NCBI GenBank assembly: GCA_964353185.1
Contig: CAYGUV010000001.1
Coordinates: 128,620 to 192,619 of the forward strand
From: an uncultured Micavibrio sp.
GTDB taxonomy: Bacteria; Pseudomonadota; Alphaproteobacteria; Micavibrionales; Micavibrionaceae
Direction: 5' to 3'
Length of the DNA stretch: 64,000 nucleotides
Shown: positions 20,149-30,899 of the stretch, one piece after another
How positions within the stretch are numbered: the stretch's first letter is position 1
Layout of the letters: each line of letters begins with the position of its first letter
Notes under the pieces: model-generated
What the model was told of the DNA's origin: nothing
What the model saw: the letters and a program-made list of their open reading frames with translations, nothing else
Databases searched by the model: none
Translations under genes and position numbers: made by a program

Positions 20149-21276
20149 ATGAGCCAAACAAAAAATATAGTAATTAGTGCTGGTGGAACAGGTGGTCATA
20201 TGTTTCCTGCCGAAGCATTAGCTTTAGATTTAATTAATCGTGGCTATCACGTGACATTAATTACGGATAAACGGGGCGCAAAATACAAAGATTTTGCCAA
20301 TGGTATTCCTGTACATGTTATTCAAGCAGCAGGATTACACTCTGGTGTGATTAGTAAAGTTAAGACTGTTCTTTCTTTGGGTATTGGCTATTTACAAGCA
20401 TCAAAACTATTAAAAAAAATTAAGCCCAATGTTGTTGTTGGATTTGGTGGGTATCCCGCATTTCCTGCAGTGTATGCAGCTACTAAAAAGAAAATTCCCA
20501 CTATTATTCATGAGCAAAATGCGATTTTAGGAAGAGCGAATGCTTTTTTAGCACCAAAAGTTGACCGTATTGCGATTGCTTGGCCACAAATTGATGGTAT
20601 TGAAAATGCTGATATTATGCGATCAGTTGTGACAGGAAACCCAGTGCGTCCAGATATTTCGGCGTTGTATGCAAAACCCTACCCTAATTTAGAACAAGAT
20701 GGTTTGTTGAAAATACTTGTTATGGGTGGCTCAATGGGCGCCCGTGTTTTTAGCCAGGTTTTACCGGAAATGGTAGCGATGTTGCCAGCAGCGCAACAGT
20801 CACGATTATTGATTGTACAACAGTGCCGTAAAGAAGATATTGAAGACGTACAAAAAGCGTATGTTGAAAGCAATATTCAATTTGAATTAAAAACTTTTTT
20901 TGATGATGTCCCTTCACAGTTAGAAAAATGTCATTTGTTTATTGGACGATCAGGGGCAAGCACAGTTTCAGAAGTAGCCACCGCAGGGCGTCCTGCTATC
21001 TTTGTTCCTTATCCTCACCATGCTGATCAACAGCAAAAACGTAATGCTAATGCAGTTTTTGATGCTGGGGGGGCATGGGTTATGACAGAAGAAGGATTTA
21101 CTGCTAACGCTTTATTAGCGCGTATTGAAACTTTTCTTCAAAACCCAGAGGCGCTATTTAATGCGGCTGAAAATGCGCGATCTTGTGGCAAGCCTGATGC
21201 AGCAAGGAAGTTAGGTAATCTTGTTACGGCTCTTGCAAGTGGCTGGGATAAACAAAAAGACAATTCGTTACTGTAG
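20149..21276 (+). CDS. murG: UDP-GlcNAc--lipid I GlcNAc transferase
   Basis: GGTGGHMFPAEALA motif. Position in the dcw cluster. Confidence 0.95.
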   Translation: MSQTKNIVISAGGTGGHMFPAEALALDLINRGYHVTLITDKRGAKYKDFANGIPVHVIQAAGLHSGVISKVKTVLSLGIGYLQASKLLKKIKPNVVVGFGGYPAFPAVYAATKKKIPTIIHEQNAILGRANAFLAPKVDRIAIAWPQIDGIENADIMRSVVTGNPVRPDISALYAKPYPNLEQDGLLKILVMGGSMGARVFSQVLPEMVAMLPAAQQSRLLIVQQCRKEDIEDVQKAYVESNIQFELKTFFDDVPSQLEKCHLFIGRSGASTVSEVATAGRPAIFVPYPHHADQQQKRNANAVFDAGGAWVMTEEGFTANALLARIETFLQNPEALFNAAENARSCGKPDAARKLGNLVTALASGWDKQKDNSLL

Positions 21277-21297
21277 TATTTAATAGGAGTTATAATC

Positions 21298-22743
21298 ATG
21301 CGTGCAATGCCATTAGATATTGGAAAATTACATTTTGTCGGAATTGGCGGAATTGGTATGAGCGGTATTGCGGAGGTGCTTCATGCTTTAGGATATGAAG
21401 TGCAGGGATCTGATTTATCCGAAAGTGCAAATGTGGAGCGTTTGCGTAAAGAAGGTATTAAAGTTTTTATAGGTCAAGAAGAAAAAAATATTGAGGATGC
21501 CGCAATTGTTATAATTTCATCAGCGATTAAAGATGATAATCCTGAATTAAAAGCGGCTCGTGCAAATCGTAAAACAATTGTGCGCCGTGCAGAAATGTTG
21601 GCTGAAATCATGCGATTGAAATGGTCAATTGCAATTGCAGGGACACATGGAAAAACTACAACGACGACTATGGTTGGGACAATGTTAGAAGAAGCTGGCC
21701 ATGATCCAACAGTTATTAATGGCGGGATCGTAAATAGATATGGGACCAATACCCGTATAGGAGAAAGTGATTGGATTGTTGCTGAAGCGGATGAGAGCGA
21801 TGGAACATTTACAAAATTGCCAGCGACGATTGCTGTTGTCACAAATATTGATCCCGAACATTTAGATCATTATGGCTCATATGATAACATTAAAGCTGCC
21901 TTTCGGCGTTTTATTGATAATCTACCTTTTTATGGCTTTGCTGTATTATGTTCAGATCACCCTGCTGTACAGGCGTTGATTCCTAATATTATTGATCGCC
22001 GTTTAATAACATATGGATTCAACCATCAAGCTGACGTGCGTGTTTCAAACGTTAGATCATCATCAGATGGAAATATGTTTGATGTTACTTTTGCTGCTTG
22101 GTTAAATGACGGTCATGAGGCGTTAAAAGTACGAGATATTTTCCTACCAATGTTGGGTGAGCATAATGTTTTAAACTCTCTTGCTTCTTTGGCAATTGCT
22201 CAGGAGATGGGTGTTCCTGTGGCAACAATGAAGACGGCGATGAAAAATTTCAGTGGTGTTAAAAGACGCTTTACTAAAACAGGAGTAAGTCATGGCGTAA
22301 CAATTATTGATGATTATGCGCATCATCCTGTTGAGATAAAGGCGGTTTTAAAGGCGGCGCGCGAAGCGGTAAATCCATCAGGACGCAAAGTTATTGCTGT
22401 AATGCAGCCACACCGTTACACAAGATTGCGTGATTTAATGGATGATTTTTGTGGCTGCTTTAATGATGCAGATAGTGTGATAATCGCTGATGTATATGCC
22501 GCTGGGGAAGATCCTATAAAGGAGGCGAGCAAAGAATCGTTGGTCGATGGTATAAAAAGAATAGGTCATAAAGACGTAATTGTTTTGCCATCCCTTAACG
22601 ACTTACCTAAATTAGTGTCTGAGCGTGTAGAAGAAGGGGATTATGTTATTTGTCTTGGTGCAGGTAGCATTAGTGCATGGGCTTATGCGTTACCTGATCA
22701 ATTAGATAAAGCTTTTCAAAATAATACTAAACAAAGTGCTTAA
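21298..22743 (+). CDS. murC: UDP-N-acetylmuramate--L-alanine ligase
   Basis: HFVGIGGIGMSGIAEVL and GTHGKTTTT motifs. Confidence 0.95.
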   Translation: MRAMPLDIGKLHFVGIGGIGMSGIAEVLHALGYEVQGSDLSESANVERLRKEGIKVFIGQEEKNIEDAAIVIISSAIKDDNPELKAARANRKTIVRRAEMLAEIMRLKWSIAIAGTHGKTTTTTMVGTMLEEAGHDPTVINGGIVNRYGTNTRIGESDWIVAEADESDGTFTKLPATIAVVTNIDPEHLDHYGSYDNIKAAFRRFIDNLPFYGFAVLCSDHPAVQALIPNIIDRRLITYGFNHQADVRVSNVRSSSDGNMFDVTFAAWLNDGHEALKVRDIFLPMLGEHNVLNSLASLAIAQEMGVPVATMKTAMKNFSGVKRRFTKTGVSHGVTIIDDYAHHPVEIKAVLKAAREAVNPSGRKVIAVMQPHRYTRLRDLMDDFCGCFNDADSVIIADVYAAGEDPIKEASKESLVDGIKRIGHKDVIVLPSLNDLPKLVSERVEEGDYVICLGAGSISAWAYALPDQLDKAFQNNTKQSA

Positions 22744-22746
22744 GAT

Positions 22747-23667
22747 ATGGCGTTGTTTTTATTAATTTTTAGTAAATTGCTACCGCTTTATTTATTTATG
22801 CTTATGGGTTATGTCGCTGGCAGATTTCTAAAAATTGATCCTAAACAAATTGGCGCATTGGTTATTTATATAATAATGCCAATTGTTTTCTTTGGTGGGC
22901 TTTGGCAGTCAGAAATTTCTCTAACAAGCCTCCTGATTGTGGTTCCTATCTGGATGATTAGTTTTGGTGTATTGGGAATTTCATATGCGTTGGGGCATTT
23001 CTTTTATAAGAATACGAATGTAAAAAATCTTATGGCTTCAGGTTTTCCTACTGGCAACTCAGGCTATTTTGGTATTCCTGTTGCCTTGGCCGTGTTTGAT
23101 TCGCGTTTATTTGCAGTATTTCTAATCGCAGCGATATCAAACACAATTTTTCAAATTACTCTTGGATATTATATAATGGCGCTAGGAAAGCATAACTATA
23201 AAGATTCTTTACTTAAGTTATTGAAGTTGCCTGCTTTGTATGGTGCATTATTGGGCTTAATGTTTTCTACGTTGGATATATCAATGCCTGTTTTTGTAAT
23301 TGAAACAACTAATTTTATGAAATCGGCATTCACTGTTCTGGGTATGATGATTATTGGTTTAACCTTCGCTGTTATCTCTAATATAAGATTCGACGTTAAG
23401 TTTGTTTCCCTCTCTGTCTTTGTTCGATTTTTGATATGGCCATTGCTGGCATTATTGTTTATTGCAGCGGATATGTACTTATTAAAAGAGGTGTATCAAC
23501 CTTATTATCCAATTATTGCATTATTTAGTTTACTACCAATTGCTGCAGATTTTGCTATTTACGCAACGCAATTTAATATTTTCCCTGCACGCGCTGCAGT
23601 TGTAATTTTAATGACAACTTTATTATCAGCCCTATTAATTCCTTTGTATTTTAGTGTGCTATCGTGA
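22747..23667 (+). CDS. AEC (auxin efflux carrier) family permease
   Basis: About 10 TM segments. N-terminal LLPLYLFMLMGYVAGRF pattern is typical of AEC transporters. Inserted between murC and murB. Confidence 0.6.
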   Translation: MALFLLIFSKLLPLYLFMLMGYVAGRFLKIDPKQIGALVIYIIMPIVFFGGLWQSEISLTSLLIVVPIWMISFGVLGISYALGHFFYKNTNVKNLMASGFPTGNSGYFGIPVALAVFDSRLFAVFLIAAISNTIFQITLGYYIMALGKHNYKDSLLKLLKLPALYGALLGLMFSTLDISMPVFVIETTNFMKSAFTVLGMMIIGLTFAVISNIRFDVKFVSLSVFVRFLIWPLLALLFIAADMYLLKEVYQPYYPIIALFSLLPIAADFAIYATQFNIFPARAAVVILMTTLLSALLIPLYFSVLS

Positions 23668-24602
23668 GTGCTTTAATTGATAGATTGCCCAAAGTGCGGG
23701 GGCGTTATAGCGAGAATGCGGCTTTAGGGGAGAAAAGTTGGTTTGCGTGTGGCGGTCATGCAGAGGTTCTTTTTAAACCAAAAGATAAAGAGGATTTAAT
23801 ATTTTTTTTGCAAAACTGTCCTCCAGAAATATCTGTTTCTGTGTTTGGTGCAATGTCGAATGTGATTATTCGTGATAAAGGCATTCAGGGGGTTGTCATT
23901 CGTTTAGGGCGTGAGTTTTCAACTATTAACATAGAAGAAAATATCGTAACCGCTGCTGCGTTGGCGTTAGATGCGAATGTTGCGCTCAAAGCCGCAGAAG
24001 CTGGTTTAGGTGGATTAGAGTTTTTGAGTGGTATTCCCGGTTCTGTCGGTGGGGCATTAAAGATGAATGCTGGCTGTTATGGGGTTGAAACAAAAGATAT
24101 TCTAATTGAATGCGAAGCTTTAGATAGGCAGGGCACTCTTCACATATTGGCTCCTGACGATATGGCTATGGCTTATAGGCATACAGAAGTTTCAGATGAT
24201 TTTATATTCATAAATGCGAAGTTTAGGGGCTTTCAGGAAGATGTTCAAACTGTTCAGGATCGTATGAAGGTTATTAAAGAAACACGTGAGAAAGCACAAC
24301 CTATCCGTGAAAAAACAGGAGGCTCCACCTTTGCAAACCCATCATTAGAAGATTTAGATGCTGCAAATTTGCCGAATAATACAAAAGTTTGGCAATTAAT
24401 AGATCAGGTTGGTGGACGTGGGCTTATGATTGGAGGAGCACAGATGAGTAAAAAACATTGTAATTTTATGGTGAATTCAGGGGGAGCGACAGCAAAAGAT
24501 TTGGAAGATTTAGGTGAAGAGATTAAAAAGCGTGTTTTCGAAGAGCTTGGAATCACGTTAAGGTGGGAAATTAAAAGGATAGGGGGAAAAGCAGATGACT
24601 AA
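23664..24602 (+). CDS. murB: UDP-N-acetylenolpyruvoylglucosamine reductase
   Basis: FAD-binding PCMH region (GGHAEVLF, SNVIIRD) and GGSTFANP motif. 4-nt overlap with the upstream permease gene. Confidence 0.93.
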   Translation: MSALIDRLPKVRGRYSENAALGEKSWFACGGHAEVLFKPKDKEDLIFFLQNCPPEISVSVFGAMSNVIIRDKGIQGVVIRLGREFSTINIEENIVTAAALALDANVALKAAEAGLGGLEFLSGIPGSVGGALKMNAGCYGVETKDILIECEALDRQGTLHILAPDDMAMAYRHTEVSDDFIFINAKFRGFQEDVQTVQDRMKVIKETREKAQPIREKTGGSTFANPSLEDLDAANLPNNTKVWQLIDQVGGRGLMIGGAQMSKKHCNFMVNSGGATAKDLEDLGEEIKKRVFEELGITLRWEIKRIGGKADD

Positions 24603-25557
24603 AAAAGTAGCTTTACTTGTAGGGGGGTGGAATGCTGAACGAGAAGTATCGGTTAATAAAGGAAAGCATGTTGAAGCTGCGCTTAGAGAGGCTGGTTATG
24701 ATGTTAAAGTAATTAATGTTACACGCGATATTAAGAAGCTTTTAGAGGATCTTACACCAAAACCCGATGTTGTTTTTAATAATATATATGGCCGAATTGG
24801 AGAAGATGGAATTCTTCAAGGATTTTTAGAAATGCTAGAAATTCCTTACACTTGTTCGGGAGTAATGGCATCTGCTATTACTATGGATAAGCCAATGACT
24901 AAGCTTTTAGCAACTAAAGTCGGTGTTCCTGTAGCAAAAGGTGGCTTAGCAACTAAGAAAGAAGTAGCTAACGAAGAAATTGTATCACGGCCTTATGTTG
25001 TAAAGCCTTACAATGAAGGTTCTAGTGTTGATACGTATGTTGTAAAAGAGGGTGACAATCATTTGCCCAACATTATTAATGGCTGGAATTACGGCGAATA
25101 TGCTTTAATAGAGGAGTTTATTCCTGGAAAAGAACTGACCGTAGCTGTTTTGGATGGAAAAGCTCAAGCGGTTACCAATATAATATCTGATACAGGTGGT
25201 TTTTTTGACTACGAAGCAAAATATGTTGAAGGAAAATCTAGTTTAGAATTGCCAGCAAAAATACCTGATGATGTTTATAAAGCAGCTTTAGATTATTCTG
25301 AACGTGTGTATAATGTTATAGGCTGTAAAGGTTTAGCGCGTTGTGATTATCGTTATGATGATTCTAAAGGCATTGATGGGTTATGTTTTTTGGAAATTAA
25401 TAATCCGCCAGGCATGACTGCTGAATCTATAGGTCCTTCACAATGTGTCTATAATGGCATTTCTTTTGTTCAACTTTGCTCTCATTTGGTCGAAACTGCG
25501 TCATGTCATGGTTTAATAAATCAAAACGAAAAAGAAAACCTAAAAGCCGTATCGTAA
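24595..25557 (+). CDS. ddl: D-alanine--D-alanine ligase
   Basis: ATP-grasp with GEDG and EINNPPGMT motifs. Position in the dcw cluster. Confidence 0.93.
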   Translation: MTKKVALLVGGWNAEREVSVNKGKHVEAALREAGYDVKVINVTRDIKKLLEDLTPKPDVVFNNIYGRIGEDGILQGFLEMLEIPYTCSGVMASAITMDKPMTKLLATKVGVPVAKGGLATKKEVANEEIVSRPYVVKPYNEGSSVDTYVVKEGDNHLPNIINGWNYGEYALIEEFIPGKELTVAVLDGKAQAVTNIISDTGGFFDYEAKYVEGKSSLELPAKIPDDVYKAALDYSERVYNVIGCKGLARCDYRYDDSKGIDGLCFLEINNPPGMTAESIGPSQCVYNGISFVQLCSHLVETASCHGLINQNEKENLKAVS

Positions 25558-26390
25558 AAAAACGTAGGTTTATTAACCCTGAGTATTTGATTTTTCTGTT
25601 TCGAAAGGTTGGGTTATGGTTTGCTCTTATAATAGCTGTTATTTGGTTTGGGGCTTGGTTCTTTTTATCTGATGCGTCGTCTAAAACATATGATTGGGCA
25701 GAAACACATGTTTATAGCGTCACGAAAAAGGCAGGATTTAGGTTAGAAAATATCTATGTATCGGGTAGAAAATTTACGTCTGCTTCCGCTATTAAATCAG
25801 CCATTAATTTAACAAAAGGCCAGTCTTTATTATATTTTAATGCTGAAGCTGCTAAAAATAAAATATTACAAGAGCAATGGGTGGAAAGCGTTACAGTAAA
25901 ACGCGTGTTTCCCAATACAATTAAAGTAAACATTACAGAACGTGTCCCAATGGCGTTGTGGCAAAAAGAGAAGGGGCTCTTCTTGATTGATAAAAGCGGT
26001 ATTGTAATAACAGACCGTGGGTTGGAACAGTTTAGCGATTTGGTAATCTTAACGGGGGATGATGCCCCGGCAGAGGCATCTTATTTATTTTCCAATTTGA
26101 AAGCTGTACCTGATATTTTCTATCAAATTGAAACAGCTGTTTATATATCAAAGCGCCGCTGGGATATTATATTGAAAAATGGAACTCTTATTAAATTACC
26201 AGAAGAGAATATACCACTGGCACTTAGCAGTCTGGAAAAACTGAATAATCAGGATAAGATATTAGAAAAGCCTCTTGATTTTATTGATGTTCGCGATTTA
26301 AAAAGAATAACCATTAAAACCAAACCTGGCGCAGTTCAAAAATATAACACTGGATATTCCGCGTATCCTAAAGGCGGAGATAGAATTTAA
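25503..26390 (+). CDS. ftsQ: cell division protein FtsQ
   Basis: Basic N-terminus, single TM, then POTRA-like region (ENIYVSG ... VKRVFPNTIKVNITER). Start chosen at MSWFNK. The 25476 start is an alternative. Confidence 0.85.
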   Translation: MSWFNKSKRKRKPKSRIVKKRRFINPEYLIFLFRKVGLWFALIIAVIWFGAWFFLSDASSKTYDWAETHVYSVTKKAGFRLENIYVSGRKFTSASAIKSAINLTKGQSLLYFNAEAAKNKILQEQWVESVTVKRVFPNTIKVNITERVPMALWQKEKGLFLIDKSGIVITDRGLEQFSDLVILTGDDAPAEASYLFSNLKAVPDIFYQIETAVYISKRRWDIILKNGTLIKLPEENIPLALSSLEKLNNQDKILEKPLDFIDVRDLKRITIKTKPGAVQKYNTGYSAYPKGGDRI

Positions 26391-26394
26391 TATC

Positions 26395-27663
26395 ATGCAA
26401 AAGAAATTTCATCCAAAAGGCACTATAATCGCTACGCTTGATGTAGGGTCTCATAAAAATGCCTGTATAATTGGCCGAATTATTGATGATCAAGGGGGTA
26501 TTGAAATCTTAGGTGTTGGGTATCAAAGTTCGAAAGGCATTAAAAATGGTTTAATTTCAAATTTAGATGCAGCAGATACAGCTATCCGTCAGACCGTTCA
26601 TGCGGCAGAAACCATGGCAGCGAATTCTATTAAAGGGTATCCATTAAGGGACGTTGTCATCAACGTATCTGGAGCGCAATCTCGATCAGATATTGTAAAC
26701 GTTACTCTGGATTTAGCAGATGATATTGTTGAAGAGCAAGATATTCAAAAAGCTTTATTAAAAGCACAAAATCAAATAAATTCAGCTGATATTGAAATGG
26801 TACATACTATTCCCTTTGGGTTTGGCTTGGATGGAAAGTCAAATATACAAAATCCCATTGGTATGAGCGGCGATAAGCTGGAGATTGATATTCACTTGGT
26901 TTCGGGTGATATAAAGTCGCTCAAAAATACCGTACTATGTGTCGAAAAAAGCCATTTAGATGTCGTAAGTCTATGTAATGCTTCTTATGCGTCAGGCTTG
27001 TCGTGTCTGGTTGAAGATGAGATGGATTTGGGATGTGTGCTGATTGATATGGGTGCTGGAAGTACAACGTTTTCTGTATTTCAAAATGGAACGATGATTT
27101 TTAGTGGATCGGTTCCTATTGGTGGGTGGCATGTATCTAATGATATAGCAAAAGGACTCACTTGCTCTTTTAAAGATGCGGAGCGTATCAAGACCCTCTA
27201 TGGCTGTGCGATGATGATGAGTAATGATGATAAAGAGCTCATAGATGTGCCGCAGATTGGCGATATTGATAAAAAAGAGACCAGCCATATTCCTCGATCA
27301 TTACTAATTGGTATTATTCAACCGCGCATAGAAGAAATATTTGAAATGATCCGCGATCGCTTAGATGAATTTAATGGGCAATATCCTATAGGTAAGCGCA
27401 TAGTCTTGACGGGTGGGGCAAGCCAATTACCAAATATTCGTGATTTGGTTCAGATTGTATTGGATAAACAGGTTCGTTTAGGTCGTCCGATTCATTTTAA
27501 TAACTTGCCTGATGCAGCATCTGGTCCAGCGTTTTCAACAGTTACAGGTTTGTTGACTTATTTCGCAACAAAACAGCATGAAGTGCCCTCTGAAATCGTC
27601 GCGAGCGTTGATGCACAAAGTATTTGGAGCAAGGTTAAATTCTGGTGGAAAGAAAATTGGTAA
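26395..27663 (+). CDS. ftsA: cell division protein FtsA
   Basis: Actin-like ATPase (LDVGSHK, IDMGAGSTT, LTGGASQLP). Position in the dcw cluster. Confidence 0.95.
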   Translation: MQKKFHPKGTIIATLDVGSHKNACIIGRIIDDQGGIEILGVGYQSSKGIKNGLISNLDAADTAIRQTVHAAETMAANSIKGYPLRDVVINVSGAQSRSDIVNVTLDLADDIVEEQDIQKALLKAQNQINSADIEMVHTIPFGFGLDGKSNIQNPIGMSGDKLEIDIHLVSGDIKSLKNTVLCVEKSHLDVVSLCNASYASGLSCLVEDEMDLGCVLIDMGAGSTTFSVFQNGTMIFSGSVPIGGWHVSNDIAKGLTCSFKDAERIKTLYGCAMMMSNDDKELIDVPQIGDIDKKETSHIPRSLLIGIIQPRIEEIFEMIRDRLDEFNGQYPIGKRIVLTGGASQLPNIRDLVQIVLDKQVRLGRPIHFNNLPDAASGPAFSTVTGLLTYFATKQHEVPSEIVASVDAQSIWSKVKFWWKENW

Positions 27664-27686
27664 TTTATCCTGTGTATATACAGTGG

Positions 27687-27695
27687 TTATCCACA
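27687..27695 (+). promoter_or_regulatory. perfect DnaA-box consensus TTATCCACA in the ftsA-ftsZ spacer
   Basis: Exact 9-mer. Three GANTC sites lie in the same 280-bp spacer (27752, 27859, 27903). Confidence 0.4.
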
Positions 27696-27943
27696 GACTT
27701 CTTCTCGCGCTCTATTGGCGGCACGCAATCTGTGTGACAAACTAAAAAAATGATTCATTTAAAGTCGTTTAGCGCCATTTAGTCATGTTTTGTCTTAGAG
27801 GGAAAAGTTAAAAATATAACAAATAAATAATTTTTTTTTGTTTCTTCGGAAAATTCATGATTCCGTTTTAAAAAAAGTTCACTTAGTATTAATAAATCAA
27901 GCGAATCAAGTTCAACGCATTTGCGCACGGAGGTCCCACTAAC

Positions 27944-29746
27944 ATGTTAAATATTAGAATTCAAACACCAGAGGTACAAAAATTGTCTCCCAAAATTACA
28001 GTAGTCGGTGTCGGCGGTGCCGGTGGAAATGCCGTTAATAATATGATCTCTTCCGCGATGGAGGGATGTGAGTTTCTTGTTTGTAATACAGATGCGCAAG
28101 CATTAGAAGGATCGCTTTGTGAAAATACGATTCAACTTGGGGCTCATGTTACAGGTGGTTTGGGCGCTGGAGCAAAACCAGATATTGGTGAAAAGGCAGC
28201 TCATGAATCTTTAGACGAAGTTATGCAATATCTTGAAGGGTCTAATATGGTTTTTATCACTGCCGGTATGGGCGGTGGTACAGGAACAGGTGCTGCCCCA
28301 GTAATAGCGAGAGCATGTCGTGACAATGGTATTTTGACAGTAGGCGTCGTGACAAAGCCTTTTCATTTTGAAGGTACGCATCGTATGCGTCAGGCTGAAG
28401 CGGGTATTGAGGAAATGCAAGATTTTGTAGATACATTAATTGTTATTCCTAATCAAAATCTATTTCGTATTGCAAATGAAAAGACTACCTTCGCAGAAGC
28501 ATTTAAAATGGCAGATAGCGTATTACGTGCTGGTGTTGAAGGAGTTACAGATTTAATGGTTAAGCCAGGGCTTATTAACCTTGATTTTGCAGATATACGT
28601 TCTGCAATGATCGAAATGGGTAAGGCCATGATGGGGACTGGTAACGGTGAGGGTGAACGTCGTGCTACTGAAGCGGCTGAAGCGGCAATAAATAACCCAC
28701 TATTAGACGATGTTTCTATGAAGGGTGCGCGAGGTGTTATTATTAATGTTACTGGTGGCCCTGATATGACATTGTATGAAGTTGACGAAGCGTGTAATCG
28801 TATCCGTGATGAAGTTGACCCTAATGCAAATATTATATTTGGCTCTACTTTTGATGAAAAACTGGAAGGAGCAATGCGGGTTTCTGTTGTGGCAACAGGA
28901 ATTGACGCTGGTGAATCCACAAAATCTTCTGATGGTCGTTCTGGCGGTGTAAAGGTTACTCATATTCAAGGTAAAACAGAGGTTAGCTCTAATGCTCCAA
29001 TCGAAAAAAAAGTAATCCCTCAAACTGAAGTGGCTCGTGCGATGACTATGCAAGCGAGACAAGAAAACTATCAGCCAAAATCAGTGCCGATGAGAAGCGC
29101 TGCAGAACAAGCATCGTCAGGTTCTGTTTCTATTGATGAACCTGAAAAAGATATGTTTGAACAGCAAGAATTTAGAGCGTTAGCGCCAAGTTCTGTTGCG
29201 CCTGCTTTGACTGATTATGTAGCAAAGCAAAGAGCAACAATCCACCATGGTAGTTTTATTCCGCCAAGTCCTGTTGTGCCTGAACGTTCAGAGAATAGCT
29301 ATGGTTCTAGCTCAACAAATTTAGCTAATCGTGCTTCGCCTGTTTCAGAGCCGCAGTATGAAGTAGCAACGGTTTCTGAACAAGTTTCACAATCATCTTT
29401 AAAAATACAGCAAGAACAAGAAGATCGTGTGCAGCCAAAACAGGGTTTAGTTTTACATCCTCCTGTACCAGGCGCAACTACACGTGAACGTAAGAGAACA
29501 CCCTCCTTATTTGAGCGAATTACAAGCGTCTATAAAGGCTTTGATGCTGAAGAAAGTTGCACAGAAGAAAAACAAGGTGAGGGTGCTAAAGGATCTAGTG
29601 GTGGTTTTCACGGTGCGAGAGCAACATCATCTTCAATGCCTGCCCCAGCTCAAGGAAAACTTAGTATTGATTCCCCATCGGCTCAACGCTCAGAAAATCA
29701 GGATGATTTAGACATACCTGCTTTTTTAAGACGTCAGGCTAACTAA
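27944..29746 (+). CDS. ftsZ: cell division GTPase FtsZ with long disordered linker
   Basis: [10 protein letters not shown] and [11 protein letters not shown] tubulin signature. C-terminal [14 protein letters not shown] peptide. 600 aa. Confidence 0.98.
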   Translation: MLNIRIQTPEVQKLSPKITVVGVGGAGGNAVNNMISSAMEGCEFLVCNTDAQALEGSLCENTIQLGAHVTGGLGAGAKPDIGEKAAHESLDEVMQYLEGSNMVFITAGMGGGTGTGAAPVIARACRDNGILTVGVVTKPFHFEGTHRMRQAEAGIEEMQDFVDTLIVIPNQNLFRIANEKTTFAEAFKMADSVLRAGVEGVTDLMVKPGLINLDFADIRSAMIEMGKAMMGTGNGEGERRATEAAEAAINNPLLDDVSMKGARGVIINVTGGPDMTLYEVDEACNRIRDEVDPNANIIFGSTFDEKLEGAMRVSVVATGIDAGESTKSSDGRSGGVKVTHIQGKTEVSSNAPIEKKVIPQTEVARAMTMQARQENYQPKSVPMRSAAEQASSGSVSIDEPEKDMFEQQEFRALAPSSVAPALTDYVAKQRATIHHGSFIPPSPVVPERSENSYGSSSTNLANRASPVSEPQYEVATVSEQVSQSSLKIQQEQEDRVQPKQGLVLHPPVPGATTRERKRTPSLFERITSVYKGFDAEESCTEEKQGEGAKGSSGGFHGARATSSSMPAPAQGKLSIDSPSAQRSENQDDLDIPAFLRRQAN

Positions 29747-29793
29747 TTGATTTAAATTATTTTATCTGGTGTCCTCCAGATAGATTTAACTTT

Positions 29794-29820
29794 AGAAGCT
29801 CTTCGGAGCTTCTTTTTTTT
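29794..29820 (+). terminator. rho-independent terminator after ftsZ
   Basis: AGAAGCTC-TTCG-GAGCTTCT stem-loop followed by a T7-8 run. Confidence 0.85.
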
Positions 29821-29896
29821 ATGTAACATATAGTCACAAAGAGTGAATTTTCTTCTTTGTGTCTTTCCTGTAATTTAAAAATAGGAAAGTATAAAT

Positions 29897-30820
29897 ATGC
29901 AACATACATTTAAAAACATAATCGAAATTAATGGTATTGGCCTTCACAGTGGTCGTCCGGCAAAATTGTTAATTAAACCTGCTGCGATTGGTCATGGAAT
30001 TATTTTTCAGCGTACTGACATCGTAGATAAAGATAATTGCATCCCAGCATTGTGGAGTAATGTTGTTGACACGCGTTTATGCACCCTTATTGGTAATAAG
30101 GAAGGTGTTACAATTGGAACGATTGAACATTTGATGGCTGCGCTACGGGCTTGTGGTGTAGATAATGCATTAGTTGAGATTGATGGTCCAGAAGTGCCAA
30201 TTTTAGATGGTAGTTCTAAAAAATTTATTGAAGCGTTTGATTTGGTTGGAGTGTTAGAGCAATCTGCACCGCGCCGAGCTATAAAAATACTAAAAAAAGT
30301 GTCTTATAGCGACGGTGATAAGCTTGTAAGTCTATCACCATCTATGACACCAAAATATATTGGCCAAATTGAATATAACCACCCATCAATAGGAACGCAA
30401 CGTTTCGAAATGAAGCTTGTTAATGGTAATTTTAAGCATGATGTTTCAGATTGCCGCACATTTTGTCTCTTATCTGATGTTGAGTTTATGCAGAGAAATA
30501 ATCTGGCTTTGGGTGGTTCTCTTGAAAATGCCATTGTTGTTGATGATACCGGTGTTATGAATGAAGATGGTTTAAGATGTGATGATGAATTTGTTCGTCA
30601 CAAAGTTTTGGATGCTGTTGGAGATATTGCTTTGGCTGGTGGTTTGGTTTTAGGGCTTTATGAGGGTAATAAAATTGGCCATGATATGAATAATAAGCTT
30701 CTACATGCTTTATTTGCTGATGACACAGCTTGGGAATATATAGATTTATATGTTAATCCTGAGTCTTCTGATGAAGCCTTATATGAAACAGCTGGTCCTT
30801 CTTTGGCAGTATTAAATTAA
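29897..30820 (+). CDS. lpxC: UDP-3-O-acyl-N-acetylglucosamine deacetylase
   Basis: GIGLHSG, TIEHLMAAL and HKVLDAVGD motifs. Confidence 0.95.
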   Translation: MQHTFKNIIEINGIGLHSGRPAKLLIKPAAIGHGIIFQRTDIVDKDNCIPALWSNVVDTRLCTLIGNKEGVTIGTIEHLMAALRACGVDNALVEIDGPEVPILDGSSKKFIEAFDLVGVLEQSAPRRAIKILKKVSYSDGDKLVSLSPSMTPKYIGQIEYNHPSIGTQRFEMKLVNGNFKHDVSDCRTFCLLSDVEFMQRNNLALGGSLENAIVVDDTGVMNEDGLRCDDEFVRHKVLDAVGDIALAGGLVLGLYEGNKIGHDMNNKLLHALFADDTAWEYIDLYVNPESSDEALYETAGPSLAVLN

Positions 30821-30899
30821 TTACCTTATTATCGATATTTTTGTGATTGAAACATGGTTTAAGCTTTTATTTAAGCCATTTTCGCGCTAAAAATACTTT

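Noticed and set aside
28453-29062. Long antisense ORFs (155 and 119 aa) inside ftsZ
   Set aside because: They are opposite the highly conserved FtsZ GTPase domain. This is typical antisense openness of Gly/Ala-rich coding sequence, and there are no start signals.
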